Source: Saccostrea echinata (Eukaryota). Taken from it: a stretch of DNA of 64,000 bases. Position 1 is the first letter of the stretch, and each line of letters opens with the position of its first letter. A program made the translations under genes and the position numbers. The notes under the pieces were generated by a model. It had not been told where the DNA came from. It saw only the letters and a list, made by a program, of their open reading frames with translations, and did not search any database. Where the stretch lies: positions 11,966,001-12,030,000 of the forward strand of contig NW_026889805.1 in the NCBI RefSeq assembly GCF_033153115.1, in the 5' to 3' direction. This document shows, one piece after another, positions 14,085 through 26,139 of this stretch.

Positions 14085-14365
14085 CAGGCCCATAGGAACT
14101 AGAGGCAGTTTAAGGAAAGGAAGGCATGGGGGCCTATCCCAAATAATTTGCCAGAAAATACATGTACTTTACAATAGAAAACAATCCTAATTTACAGTTA
14201 AAACAGATATGCTATAATAGAAAACATAGCTTATTTAAGGTTGTGCCCTGTCTAAAACTGAAAAATTCTGCTGATGATATCTTTTTAGCTTGTCAATAAT
14301 TTCAGTTAGGTAGCCCCCCCCCCTCCCCCTTTCCTCTCCAAGTGAAATTGCCTCTTACGGGCCTG
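14085..14365. mobile_element. MITE with CAGGCCC termini
   Basis: caggcccatagg..agaggca / tgcctcttacgggcctg; internal gcttgtcaa and poly-C shared with 62302-62609. Confidence 0.6.
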
Positions 14366-16481
14366 TCAATTTTATAAATTGTACTTTTAAATGAAATTTA
14401 TTTATGTGTAAAAAAAAAAGGTAGGCCAACATCGAAAGTATTTGTAAGAAAAAATGTGTAATTGTGATTTAAAGAAATGATCTCAAAAATAACTTTTATT
14501 CGAACATAAATATACTAATAGTTCGTTTCAAAAGATAATTAATTTTGGAAATGCCCCATGTTTTAATAAAATATGGTTAAGTAATGTCCTTGACATACAT
14601 TACTCAAATCTTGGAAATGGCAAATTTTGTGACCTTATTTTCTGTGGTATAAAGTTTAAATGAACATGACATATGTATGGTATGAAATGTTTTTTTTATA
14701 AAAATTTGTTGTTTACTTGATTCGTAGTATGTAAATGCATTAAATATCAACTTGAACATAGTTTGCTTTAAATTGTTAATTTTTAATGCGTCATTCAAAA
14801 TTAAAATGATTTGTTTTGATTAAAAAAAATATACAGAGTACATGTCCTTTGAAAATAAAAAGAATTATACCCTTTCTTTTGTTTTGATATTACTTACTCT
14901 TACACCAAATTATCCTAGCAATGCTTCTGAATTTCATTCAGATCCTCGGTGAATGTATACGGAGCATTTTTTCTCTCTTCTTGTTGTGAAATTTAATTTG
15001 ATATGCCACTTATTGCATGAACCTTTGATAAAATTATAACTAATTTTCATCTTCTCTGTAACTTGTTAATTTTGCAGAGCATACCGGTACTCATAGTGTA
15101 TTTCGTGAAAATATTCTATTTGCACTTTTAAAATTAACTGATTAATTAATTTGCTTTTCTGCGTCAAAGGACATCTCCGTCAACTCTTGATATTGTTTAT
15201 GAACATTCTTGGCAATTTGCGTTTTTGTTTACTTAATTGTTTTAATGTAATTTTTCCTTCTATGCAAATGAGATTTTTTCTCGATATTAAAATTTATATC
15301 AATTAGATGAAAGCAAGGAATGCTAATCAACGTCATAAGGAGATATTTTAAAGAAATGTTTAGCATCTCTTTCTGAAATAGGTCAGTATTTGAAACTCAA
15401 ATAAATCTAATAATAACATTTTTACGTCATTACATGACCTTTGACATTTCTTGGCCATGCCTGTCATATAAAAATTATTGTTACCACAAATCAGGGTTTC
15501 TCTCACATGGTCTGGTACATGTGCAACCTTGCACATCATGTATCCAGAAAGGTCAAATCAGGATAAATTAATGGAAATAAAGAAAATTTATGTATAAAGT
15601 TTGTTTGATTGCATGTCTGGATATATAATTTTTGTTACTTTCTGTAAAGTTAAAAATTACCTATAGAAAGATAAGATCTTCAATTTGACAATGCAAAGGA
15701 AGTGTCATTTCAAACAAGTATCTATGATAAATACAAATGTGCACTTAATATGTTTATAAGGAAGAGTCAATATCAGAAACAGAAGTGTCTGGGAGATATA
15801 AATCAAGCCGTATTAGTGTAGAATGCTGTTTAAAAAATCATTTATAATCTTATTGATTCATTAAACCTTTCACCGGATATTAAAAACTCAAGATGCTTTA
15901 TGATAATTTAAAATCTTATTCACATGTTCAAGGAAACATGATTTCTGAAAGAAACCTCAGACATCCCTTTCAAACATATTTTGGTAAAACTTTCAAACTC
16001 TTTGTTTCTTTTACACTTTAAAGCTTAAAGAAAAAAAATCTTCCATTTCATCAATCTCTTCATATGCAATTTTTCATCAATCCTGATGTCAATATTTTAC
16101 AATTTTATGAGAAAAGATGATAATGAATGTTCAAATTGACTTTGAATTCACATGTCGTATAGCTGTTGCTGATGTAACAGTTCTGTCCTTGATTTCAAAG
16201 AACACATGTTCGTATATTTACATTCAGATACTGTTGTTATTTGAAAGTTCGTTGTAAATATTTGAAAATGAACAATATGCTGTAAACAACATAAGTGGTA
16301 TTCCGTATGGAGATTTGAACACAGTGTATGACCGATAATTTGATATAATTATCCTCGGGGTAATCATCTGTTAGTTTGGTATTCTCCCAGTGAACGCGTG
16401 ATGCTCATCTCAGAAGCCTGATATCAAAGTAATTACTTAAATTTAATAAATATTGATTGACTTATCACGCAGTTTGTACGA

Positions 16482-16487
16482 TATAAA
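16482..16487 (+). promoter_or_regulatory. Candidate TATA box for the secreted-protein gene
   Basis: TATAAA 57 nt upstream of the ATG at 16539, with an Inr-like TCAGATT at 16504; weak evidence in AT-rich DNA. Confidence 0.3.
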
Positions 16488-16538
16488 CCGGAATCTGGAC
16501 CGGTCAGATTTATTTCAAGTGGATGTGATTACCGAAAC

Positions 16539-18197
16539 ATGGACTTGTTTGACAGAGTTTTGTTTGGTGGAATTTTGTTGGTTTTTATCACTACCGTTAA
16601 AGGTAAGGGAGATGGCTAACTCCATATTGCTATATAATCTTTTACTATTTCATTCATACCAAGATTTCAAATAGACCAAATAAAATATCACAATGATATT
16701 ATAATGATTCGAAACTTACTTTTTGTATTTTTGTGCTGCATTATGGGTAATTGTGATTCATTGGTGGAAAGAGAAGAGAGATAGTAGAACGTGTACATAT
16801 ATCTTAAATTTATCAATCGTAAAATATTATTTAAAAACATTAGTATCAATTTGTCATCTAAACAAAAGATAGATGTATAACATATACACAATCCACGAAA
16901 TAGGGCTATGTAACTCATCATATATACAATGTACTTTACAATGGAAATGCCTCTATGAAATATTTTTCTTTTTATCAGGAACCTGCTCATTTTCACGTAA
17001 CTTGGAAGGTGAGTGGACGATTGAGAAGGATGGACAATTGTTGGGACGAATGGTAATAGGCTACACACGAATGGATATAACGTATATGGGTCAGGTATAC
17101 AATTATACCTGCGCTCAGTTTGACTATCAGCAGGAAAAATACCTACTGAGGTAAAGTATATCATAATTCTTTACTTTCGCCAAAATTTACAGAACACATT
17201 AATATATGTTTGCATAAGACATCAAAAGATTTAGTTCAAATAATTTTCAGTCTGCCATTTTCACCCAGATACATCGTGAATGATCTAGAAAAAGTCAATA
17301 ACTTTAACAAAACATATGATGAGAGTTTTAGACCGACATTTTGGTGCACATATACATGTACAAAAGAACGGTGCTTTTAATTACTATCTAATGAGTATGA
17401 CCTCTGGAATTCAATGATTGTCAAAGAGTATCAAGTAAGAGCCTCCTTCCCCTCCATATTTTTTTCATTTTCATTGGATTAAGAGCAATCAGAGAGAATT
17501 TAATGATATAAAGGTGTTTACCTTTTCATCGTGTCTTTCATGATTTCTTCCATATATCTTAAATATGCAAGGTGTTCCAAAGTCAGTTGCTTCAGAAATA
17601 TGTACATCAAAGTTCTTTGAATGTGCCAAAGCAATAAAAGCAAATATATGCAAAAAATAACCAAAATTTTCATTCACAAGATCAAGTGTTGTTGTTTGGA
17701 AATATCTAATTTCCATATCTCTTATGTTAAGAAAAGCTTACAAAATGGGCGGTTTTGGTTGTAATTTTTATTTGAGTTGATTGTTTCTGTTGTTGTATAC
17801 AGAAGTGCAAGTGATGCAAAAGGAATGGCCTGTCTGATGTTTACTCCCTTTGATTCTGCAGACACCTTAATGATGATTAGGCTTCACAGTAAGTCAACTT
17901 TAAATCTTATCAAATAACATATTATCAGATAATTATCTAATAACTATCAGATAATTGATACATTATTTCCAAGCAGTATAAAACTAAATGGAATATTTGC
18001 AGAGAAAAAAAAAAGTTTTGACCATTGACTTTTTTAACAATTAAACTCTGATCAATTTCTTTGTTTTAACAGTGACCCACTTATACGATGACAGTGCGTT
18101 CTTTACACCCCAGTATCTAGTAGGTTCCGGGACCATTAATTCCATCTGTAACAACTATGACGACGGACAGATCCTCTTTATTAATTATGTTCGTTGA
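16539..18197 (+). CDS. Uncharacterised 148-aa secreted protein; exons 16539-16602, 16979-17150, 17803-17888, 18073-18197
   Basis: GT-AG introns with consistent phases (1,2,1), 447 nt total. Protein: MDLFDRVLFGGILLVFITTVKG-TCSFSRNLEGEWTIEKDGQLLGRMVIGYTRMDITYMGQVYNYTCAQFDYQQEKYLLRSASDAKGMACLMFTPFDSADTLMMIRLHMTHLYDDSAFFTPQYLVGSGTINSICNNYDDGQILFINYVR*. Exon 1 encodes only a signal-peptide-like segment. Confidence 0.8.
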
Positions 18198-18241
18198 GTG
18201 GTTGAAAAAAAAATTATAAGTGCGTTCAAATGCAGGTTTCT

Positions 18242-18385
18242 NNNNNNNNNNNNNNNNNNNNNNNNNNNNNNNNNNNNNNNNNNNNNNNNNNNNNNNNNNN
18301 NNNNNNNNNNNNNNNNNNNNNNNNNNNNNNNNNNNNNNNNNNNNNNNNNNNNNNNNNNNNNNNNNNNNNNNNNNNNNNNNNNNNN
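18242..18385. other. Assembly gap
   Basis: Run of N. Confidence 1.
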
Positions 18386-19597
18386 AAAAATACATAATAT
18401 GTACGATACAAGTTCCGTGAAAAAAAGGACACGTTTGATAGCACGTTTGAAGATTGGGCTTGACATATGTCTTGACATAGTCAAGTGTTTTCTTTTGATG
18501 TTTACTGTATAAAAACAGCAACAGAGCACATTTTAAAAGAATGTTTCATGTAAAAAGCATCAGAGTTTTTAACAGGTAACTGTAGTGTATGGTCCATATA
18601 GACTATTATTACTGATGTAAAAGAAAAACAAAACAAAAAGAAAACAAGACGAAGTTCTATTTGTATTAAAAGTACGCTACCTAGTAAATTAATTATTTCA
18701 CAGTGTAAATGGCAATTGCTTAGAAAGAAACAACAGAATGGTATTTAGGTTTATGAGCCAATTTAACTTTTTTGATAATGTTTTAATTAAAAAAAAAAAC
18801 ACTTGTTGGTATTCAGAGCGCCACTCCTAAGTGTTTTACTTTAATCTAATATAGCAGATTCTTTATTGAATTAATTACAATGTCCTGTTGCACATGCAAC
18901 GCGAAGAAATAATAGATATTTTACACAAATCTTAAAACGAAAATGTCTGAAAATGTGATAAAGTCACATCTATAGACTGTTTAGACAAATTGCTTAAATT
19001 ACTGATATACGTTTAAAATGCAATTTTTATTAATGGATGTGACTTTCGCCAATATTTATTATTTAGCAAAACATTAAACATACTCCTCATTAAGAAAGCA
19101 CTGTATATTTTTCTATTATTTCTAAAATTGTAATCTACATTTATATAGTACGTTGTAATATTTTTAGAATGTTATCAGTACAAACCTTTTTTGGGTCTCG
19201 GTCATTCGTGTTCCAGTATGTGTGTCGAGTTGAAGTCAATTTAATTAAATTGTTTTAATTATGAAGGAAATTAAGGATTCAATATCAATTTGAAAATTTA
19301 ATCTTTGCATAATCAGTGAATATATTATTGCTATTAATATTGGAAATATGAGGGGTCCATAAACTTTCTATATATCATATATTTCAATATTAAAAACTTA
19401 GTACTTTCGCTTAAAGTATATTCAGCATTTTTTTTTTTTACAGTAAATCATTCTTTCATATCTGAAGGTCGAATACATATACGCTGTATATTATTGAATC
19501 ATATACTTTTCTCTTTTGTCTCCCCCCAAAAATTCAACATCGTAATAGAGTTATCGCTCATTGTAAAATTTTGATTTCTTATCTTTTGCTGGACTTA

Positions 19598-19719
19598 TCT
19601 TGTATCCTACAGTCAAATTAAATATATATGTATGTATGATATACCATTAGATTAGGTTAATCTTGTATCCTACAGTCAAATCAAATATAAATGTATGTAA
19701 GATATACCAATAGATTAGA
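19598..19719. repeat. ~62-bp tandem duplication
   Basis: atcttgtatcctacagtcaaat.aaatata...gatatacca.tagattag occurs twice. Confidence 0.85.
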
Positions 19720-20599
19720 TGTGATAATGAATAAATTATTTAATCAATGCATCACATTGTTTAGTTGCTTTAAAATTCTATTGATTATTGAACATCCGAT
19801 TACCAAACAAGGCTGTCTCATTAAATTAATTGAAAACAATTCAATAAATAAGAAATATTAATGGAATTATACTAGGAAATGAATATTTAACAAGCGTTTT
19901 AATAACATTTATTTTTTCCCCTCCCCTGAAAAGAAAATATGTAAAAGAAAAACCAAACTCTTGTGCACGCTGTGACTTTAAAATATGTTCAAAGAAAAAT
20001 GAATTGAATGTATGTATCATATACATACATTCAATATACATACTCAAAATTGAACTAGATGCACTATATCCTATAAAACACTATTATATACAATAGAATA
20101 ATATTCAAATCGTCATTTTTTGTTTTTTTACATTTTAGCTTAAAATCAGCATATTTTCTCGAAAATTCAAATATCAAAGATTTTTAAAGCTTGTTACCAT
20201 TGATGTGAAAAACGAAATTTATAATATCGAGAAAAGCAAACCATATCGGCAGGGATTTAACAGACTATTTTGGGAAACGCCATTTTTATTAAAATTGGGG
20301 AAAATTCTTCGACAATTTGATAAAATTGGGAAAAAAGGAAATAGGGAATACTTCAAACTTTTAAAATTACAACTTTAACCCCCTCTTTTTTTACCCACTT
20401 TGAAAACACTTTGTATGCCCCTAAAAAATAAAATTATGTATATTATGTACTGAACTACCATTTTAGATCTCACTAGAGAAAAAATCCAAGAGCATCACAG
20501 TAAATGATTTTTTTTGTGTTTTTGAGTTAAATGTTTGAACATTAAATTTTATAAAAACTCATTACATTCATGATCGATATTTAATACACTCATGATTGA

Positions 20600-20748
20600 N
20601 NNNNNNNNNNNNNNNNNNNNNNNNNNNNNNNNNNNNNNNNNNNNNNNNNNNNNNNNNNNNNNNNNNNNNNNNNNNNNNNNNNNNNNNNNNNNNNNNNNNN
20701 NNNNNNNNNNNNNNNNNNNNNNNNNNNNNNNNNNNNNNNNNNNNNNNN
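20600..20748. other. Assembly gap
   Basis: Run of N. Confidence 1.
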
Positions 20749-20777
20749 AATTCATAAAAATCCTTACTTAGATACAT

Positions 20778-21428
20778 TTCAGGGTCCAGCTAATGCTCTA
20801 CCAAGCTTTTATCTTTACCCTTCGCAAAATTATTGACTGCTGTAAAGGCGAAACGTCAGACGTATTGAACTACATCATATTCAAGAAGTGATGTAAATCA
20901 AACATGGATTCTCAAAAGTTCCAGATATAACTTTTAGAAAATTTGAAAATCACAAGTCAGTTACATCAAAACGTATGACTTTTCGACACTTTATCCAATC
21001 ATTCTTCACAATAAATAAAAAATTAAGCTTTTTGATATCATATACAACTGCTGCTACAATAAAAAAAATGAAACTGCGAAATTTGTATATCTTGTGCTTT
21101 GTAAAACAAAAAATCACTCTGATTGTAATATGGTATGCTGGAATTCCTCATTGACGAGTCACGGCGAGTGTGACCGGTCGGCAGGGGATGCTCACTCCTC
21201 CATGACACCTGATCCCACCTCTGATGTTTAGAGGTCCGTGTTTGCTCTGCTCCTATTTTGTATTGTTTAATGGACTTTTGAGCTTGAATACTGTTCGTTA
21301 TCTCCATATATTTCATTTAGACCAGGTCTTCCAGCAATATGTTTTGAGCACTCATTGTGCTGCTTTACCGGCACAATTTATATCTATATTTGTATGAAAC
21401 AGAATTTATTCAAAAACTTCTATATATG
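20778..21428 (+). mobile_element. Old Penelope-like RT remnant containing a younger solo 3' module (21156-21316)
   Basis: Remnants of WILK, YDFSTL and LEFLID lie before the insert; DQVFQQ and YETEFIQKLL lie after it. Confidence 0.75.
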
Positions 21429-22008
21429 ATATTGATTATCGAGTTCATTTCAAATTGTGTAATTCATCACATGAGTCCAGAGTAGCAGTTCCAGCTTGGG
21501 CTTAGGTGGTCAAGGAAAACTCTTGATGCTTAGATGACTGGTTTGCTTTTTGTATGTTAAGTTTAAGTTTTAACCAGGAAGAACTGCATTCTGCGGGAAA
21601 CAATTATTATCTTTGAGAGTCTTTTTGATTTATCGGATACAAATTTAATATAATACTTTATTACAACAGCAATCAAAAAAGCAGCTGTTGTTTATCTATT
21701 ATAATGTCCAGATTTATAACTGTGTAACAGATGAATTGTAATTGCAGTGTTACAAATAAATGACTCTTCCTTGGCCAGTGAATTTAACATTCGACGAAAA
21801 AACCCAAAGAGTCACTTGTTATCGTGTTTTAAACGATTTCCAATACAAATCCCCAACCTTTGTAATATTTAGTAGTATATTTTCCTCAATGTTACAACTT
21901 GACAGATCAAAGGAGGCAGAATGAAATACATTATTTGATTTGAATGTTTGTATTCTTCATTATGTATAGGGACTATATTGAACACTTGGACGATATTTTT
22001 GCAAGGCA

Positions 22009-24677
22009 ATGGAGGAAATAGGTGCTAATGTAACTGTTAACACCTCCATTCTCTGTGGCAATAATTTCTGTAAAATTGCGAATTACATATGGATTATCAT
22101 TTCACCTGTTATTTTCGTTTTCGGGTTGACCGGTGGATTTCTTATAATTTTAGTGCTTATTCGGATAAAATTCCAGCGATCACCGCTGATGTTCTTTATA
22201 TTTATCCTAACTGTGACAGATATGACAATTTTGTGTGTCGGTCTTGTAAGAATTTGGATTTTAGAAACATGGAACTTCGACATTAGGTCATTATCAGAAG
22301 CATCGTGTAGGCTTTTGCATTTTCTTATCTATTTCCTGATGCAATATTCTTCATGGATACTTGTGTTTGCAACCTTAGAGCGTTTTATCAAATGCAGATA
22401 TATAATGTATAAATCATGGGTTACAATGAAGAAATGTATCATTATAGTGATACTTCTATTCATCTTTCTTGCAGCTTTAAACTCACATTATTTTTGGACA
22501 CATAGTTTTGTCATCACAGAAAACAATGTTTCTAGTTGCAATGTAACACCAGGGTATGAAACGTTTGATGACTGGTACATCAAAATTGACCTCTTTATCT
22601 TGTGTGTAATTCCATTTTGTATCATGCTTTCTCTGGACATAATAATCATGAAGAGTTTGAAAGCAGCACGTACATTCCGGCGATCTTCTGTAGCTGCACC
22701 ACAGATGTACAGCAGGATGAAAAAGGTGGACCGAAAATTGACCAAAATGTCAGTCATCACTAACGTTTACTTTCTCGTATCTACACTACCCGTTTCCTTA
22801 TTATTTATTCTGACTGTGTATCTTGACAGTGCAACTGAGCCTTTGTTTTCAATCTTTACATTGTGTGGAAGCATAGTATATACTTTACAATATAGTAACT
22901 ATGCCGTGAACTACATATTTTACACAATTTATGATAAAAGGATCAGAAAACAGCTCACACGACTTTTAAGAATCGCCAAGCCTAGGTAATTTTTTTTTTA
23001 CCTTTCTTATTTTTTCTTTGTCGAGATAGTATTTAAAAATATGACCATAAATGAAAAATTCCTTTGATTTCAATTTATACTATTAGTTTCCTTATTTAAT
23101 TTTACTTATAAATTTGTTATGAAATACTAGAAAAGGAATAACTGTATTCCATGTAATATTGTCTTTGAGTAGTGAATGTTTTTGTAATACAACACCATTG
23201 ATATTTTCAATTCTGTCCAAATAAAAATATTCAGATAACGAACAGTATTCAAGCTCCTAAATCCATTCAAACTATATAAATCAGGAGCAGAGTAAACACG
23301 GACCTCCAAAAACATCAGAAGTGGGATTAGGAGCCATGGAGGAGTAAGCATCCCCTGTCGACCGGTCACATCCGTCATGTGCTCCTTGTAATGATCGGGT
23401 AAACGGAAAAATCCGTAGAAATTTCATCGTGTAAATAATGTCCTATCAATTAATATAAAAAAGTCAGTCATTATTTGACCTAATGATACATTATATTTGC
23501 TGATAAGGTCATTATATCGACCATAGAACTTGCGAAATGATGACTTCAAACGAGACTGTTGATATCTTTGTTTCATCAACTTGTTGGTTAATAGCTTGCC
23601 TCCTTTTAAAAATTGATGTAGGTAGAACATGCTCTTGCGTATCGAATCATCTGGGAGACATAAAACCTAAATGTATGAAGAAAGATTTCTTAACTTCATC
23701 AAATTTGAAAATAAGGAATTATGTCGCATACATTCTTTCCATATAAAATAGTTACATTTTTTTGTAAACATTACAGATGTTAAAGAAATAATTTTGATAA
23801 GTACACGTAAGCCAAGAAATGCCTCGGGTAGAAAACTTTATATAATTTTATATTTATAGGAAGCAATTTCCTTTGAAATCTTAATGGAATGAAAAAATTG
23901 AAGATAACAAATATTGATCGATCTCACAAATCCTTTAAAAAATTGCAAATTATGAACAGAGCAAAAAAAACCCAGACCCCTTGGAAACACAAGAAGTGGG
24001 AACATGTGCCTCGAAGGTGTAAGTATCCCCTGTTCACCGGTCACACCCACTGTGAGCCCTATGTGTTGATTAGGTAAACGGAGTAATCTATAGACAAAAT
24101 TAGTAGATCCAAACAATGACCTAACAATTGGTATGAAACATGTCAGTCAAAATACGACCAAACGACAGATTTTATTTTCAAACAAGGTCATTATAAGACC
24201 ATAGAAATTATTGAAAGCCGTCACATCAATTTTCGGCAAGATAGTCTGTTAATTGAAAACACTAGAATTAGAAATATTAATTGCAACTAAATAATGACTC
24301 CCTAATAACAAGTAGTTAATATAAAAATATTTTCGAATTCGACTAATCTATGAGGTATTTCTATCATGAAGACATAAACCCTCTTTGAAAATAATAACAT
24401 CGTCAGACACTATTGATTGAGTAATTCTAAGCTCGGGCAACAAGTTAACCTCATCAAAAAGAATCTGCACGCTTCAGATACCAAAAACTGGTAAAACTAA
24501 TTTCACCTTTGAATTCAATCATGTTTTGTTTATTTGGAATTATGAAAATAATTTGACAGGTTTCGACAAAAAGGCAGCCAGTACACGCTACGGTCCAGTT
24601 CCATGGAGATGTCGCAGTCGTTTTCAAATGCCTCCACTAACGTATCCATTAGAAGTATTTCAGAGAATGTCAGATGA
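22009..24677 (+). CDS. Class A (rhodopsin-like) orphan GPCR, FMRFamide-receptor/GPR139-like group (paralog 1, ~364 aa); exons 22009-22985 and 24560-24677
   Basis: Seven hydrophobic segments, LTVTD (TM2), CR..YSSWILVFATLERF (TM3), IPF (TM5), STLP (TM6), NYAVNYIFY (TM7). AG|gtaatt donor at 22986; acceptor tttgacag at 24559 gives tail RFRQKGSQYTLRSSSMEMSQSFSNASTNVSIRSISENVR*; AATAAA at 24771. Confidence 0.9.
23220..23667 (-). mobile_element. Penelope-like 3' fragment (subfamily A) in GPCR1 intron
   Basis: KLLTNKLMKQRYQQSRLKSSFRKFYGRYNDLISKYN plus the 3' module. Confidence 0.85.
23889..24212 (-). mobile_element. Penelope-like 3' fragment (divergent subfamily B) in GPCR1 intron
   Basis: Reverse complement reads catagggctcacagtgggtgtgaccggtgaacaggggatacttacacc...; resembles the 54831 copy. 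Confidence 0.75.
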
Positions 24678-25089
24678 TTCTTGTAACAAAACAAATACAA
24701 AAGAATTAAATGTTCTGTGAAGAAAATTAAAGAGGCACTTGTATATCTTTGATGGCAAAGTTTTTTGTTGAATAAACATATTTCTATATTTACTGAAATG
24801 ATTCTGAAGTGCTTTTGATTGTGATAACCTTTCGATATAAACTATCAGAAAACAAATACCGACTAGACAACTTAGAATTGTTTGCTGAGTTGCAGGGAGG
24901 CGTAAATATGGGAAAGCGGAAGTTATATAGTCACGAATAATCAATATTTGATCTAACAGGTAGGAACAGTAAACTGTATTCCACTAGGGCAGCTTGATTT
25001 ATTCTAGAAACACACATGATGATTTTGAGTGAGAAATATATATATTGCATTTCAATTTCAATATGTGAAATCTTAAGATGCAAATATTT

Positions 25090-26128
25090 ATATAAAATAT
25101 GAAGATAACGAACAGTAATAAAGCTCAAAAGTCCATGTAAACAATACAAATTGAAAGCAGAGCAATCACAGACTTCTAAAACCATCTGAGGTAGGATAAA
25201 GTGCCATGGAGGAGTGAGCATTCCTTGTCGACCGGTCATATCCGCCATATGCTACTTTTCATGATCGGCTAAACGAAAAATACCTAGACATTTCAGTGTG
25301 AAAATAATGGCCTAACAATTTGTATGACAACAATTCGACTTAACGATAGGTTGTATTTGCTAACAAGGCCATTGCATCGACCATAGAATTTCGCAAAATG
25401 ACTTTAAATGAAATTGTTGGTATTCCTGTATCATCAGCTTATTTGTCTGTAGCTTGCCTCGTTTCAGAAATTCTTCGTACGTAGAGCATGCTCTTGTGCT
25501 CTTGCGTATCGAATCAACTAGTAGGCATAAACTCCATCTACAGTTAATAATGGTATATTACTTCATAAAAAGGGAAGTTGGCGTCATGTTTGATGTTGAA
25601 GTCATCACGTTTATCATAAAGCTTTGTTGACAGTTTGTCATTAATGTATTTCTCTATATGATATAAAACAAATATGTAAGATTTTGTGGTGTATTTTATT
25701 TCGAGTTCAAAGGGATATTTCGAATCAATGTGGGCAAGAAAATGTATATTGTTAATTGATAAAACGATATATCAAAATATCGAATTGAAGGCAACAGCTA
25801 GAGACTTCTTTCATGAGGAAGTTTTAAATAAATTTTGCTTAAAATGAATACAAAGACAGGTCTGCTAATCAAGGGGCGCAATTAGTACACATGGAAATTC
25901 CACCAGATTGTTAGAATGCCTGATCTCCAAAAAAATACATAAATAATGTCAATCAGAAACTCAAGCATCCTTTTAATATCAACTTTGGAGTACTTGTGTG
26001 TAGAATCATAATGATTTTTAACAAAATTGATTTTACAAATGACCAGTGACAAGGTATGTAAATATGAATTCCATTTTAATTGAAAAAAGAACTGTCCATG
26101 AAGTCAAAACGCTTGATCTTTAATTTAT
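25090..26128 (-). mobile_element. Degenerate Penelope-like RT retroelement (subfamily A)
   Basis: Reverse-complement matches to LEFLID, GISM.TNCAP, KLYDKRDDF, LIRYARA and the 3' module. Confidence 0.85.
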
Positions 26129-26139
26129 TGCAGTAGTAT

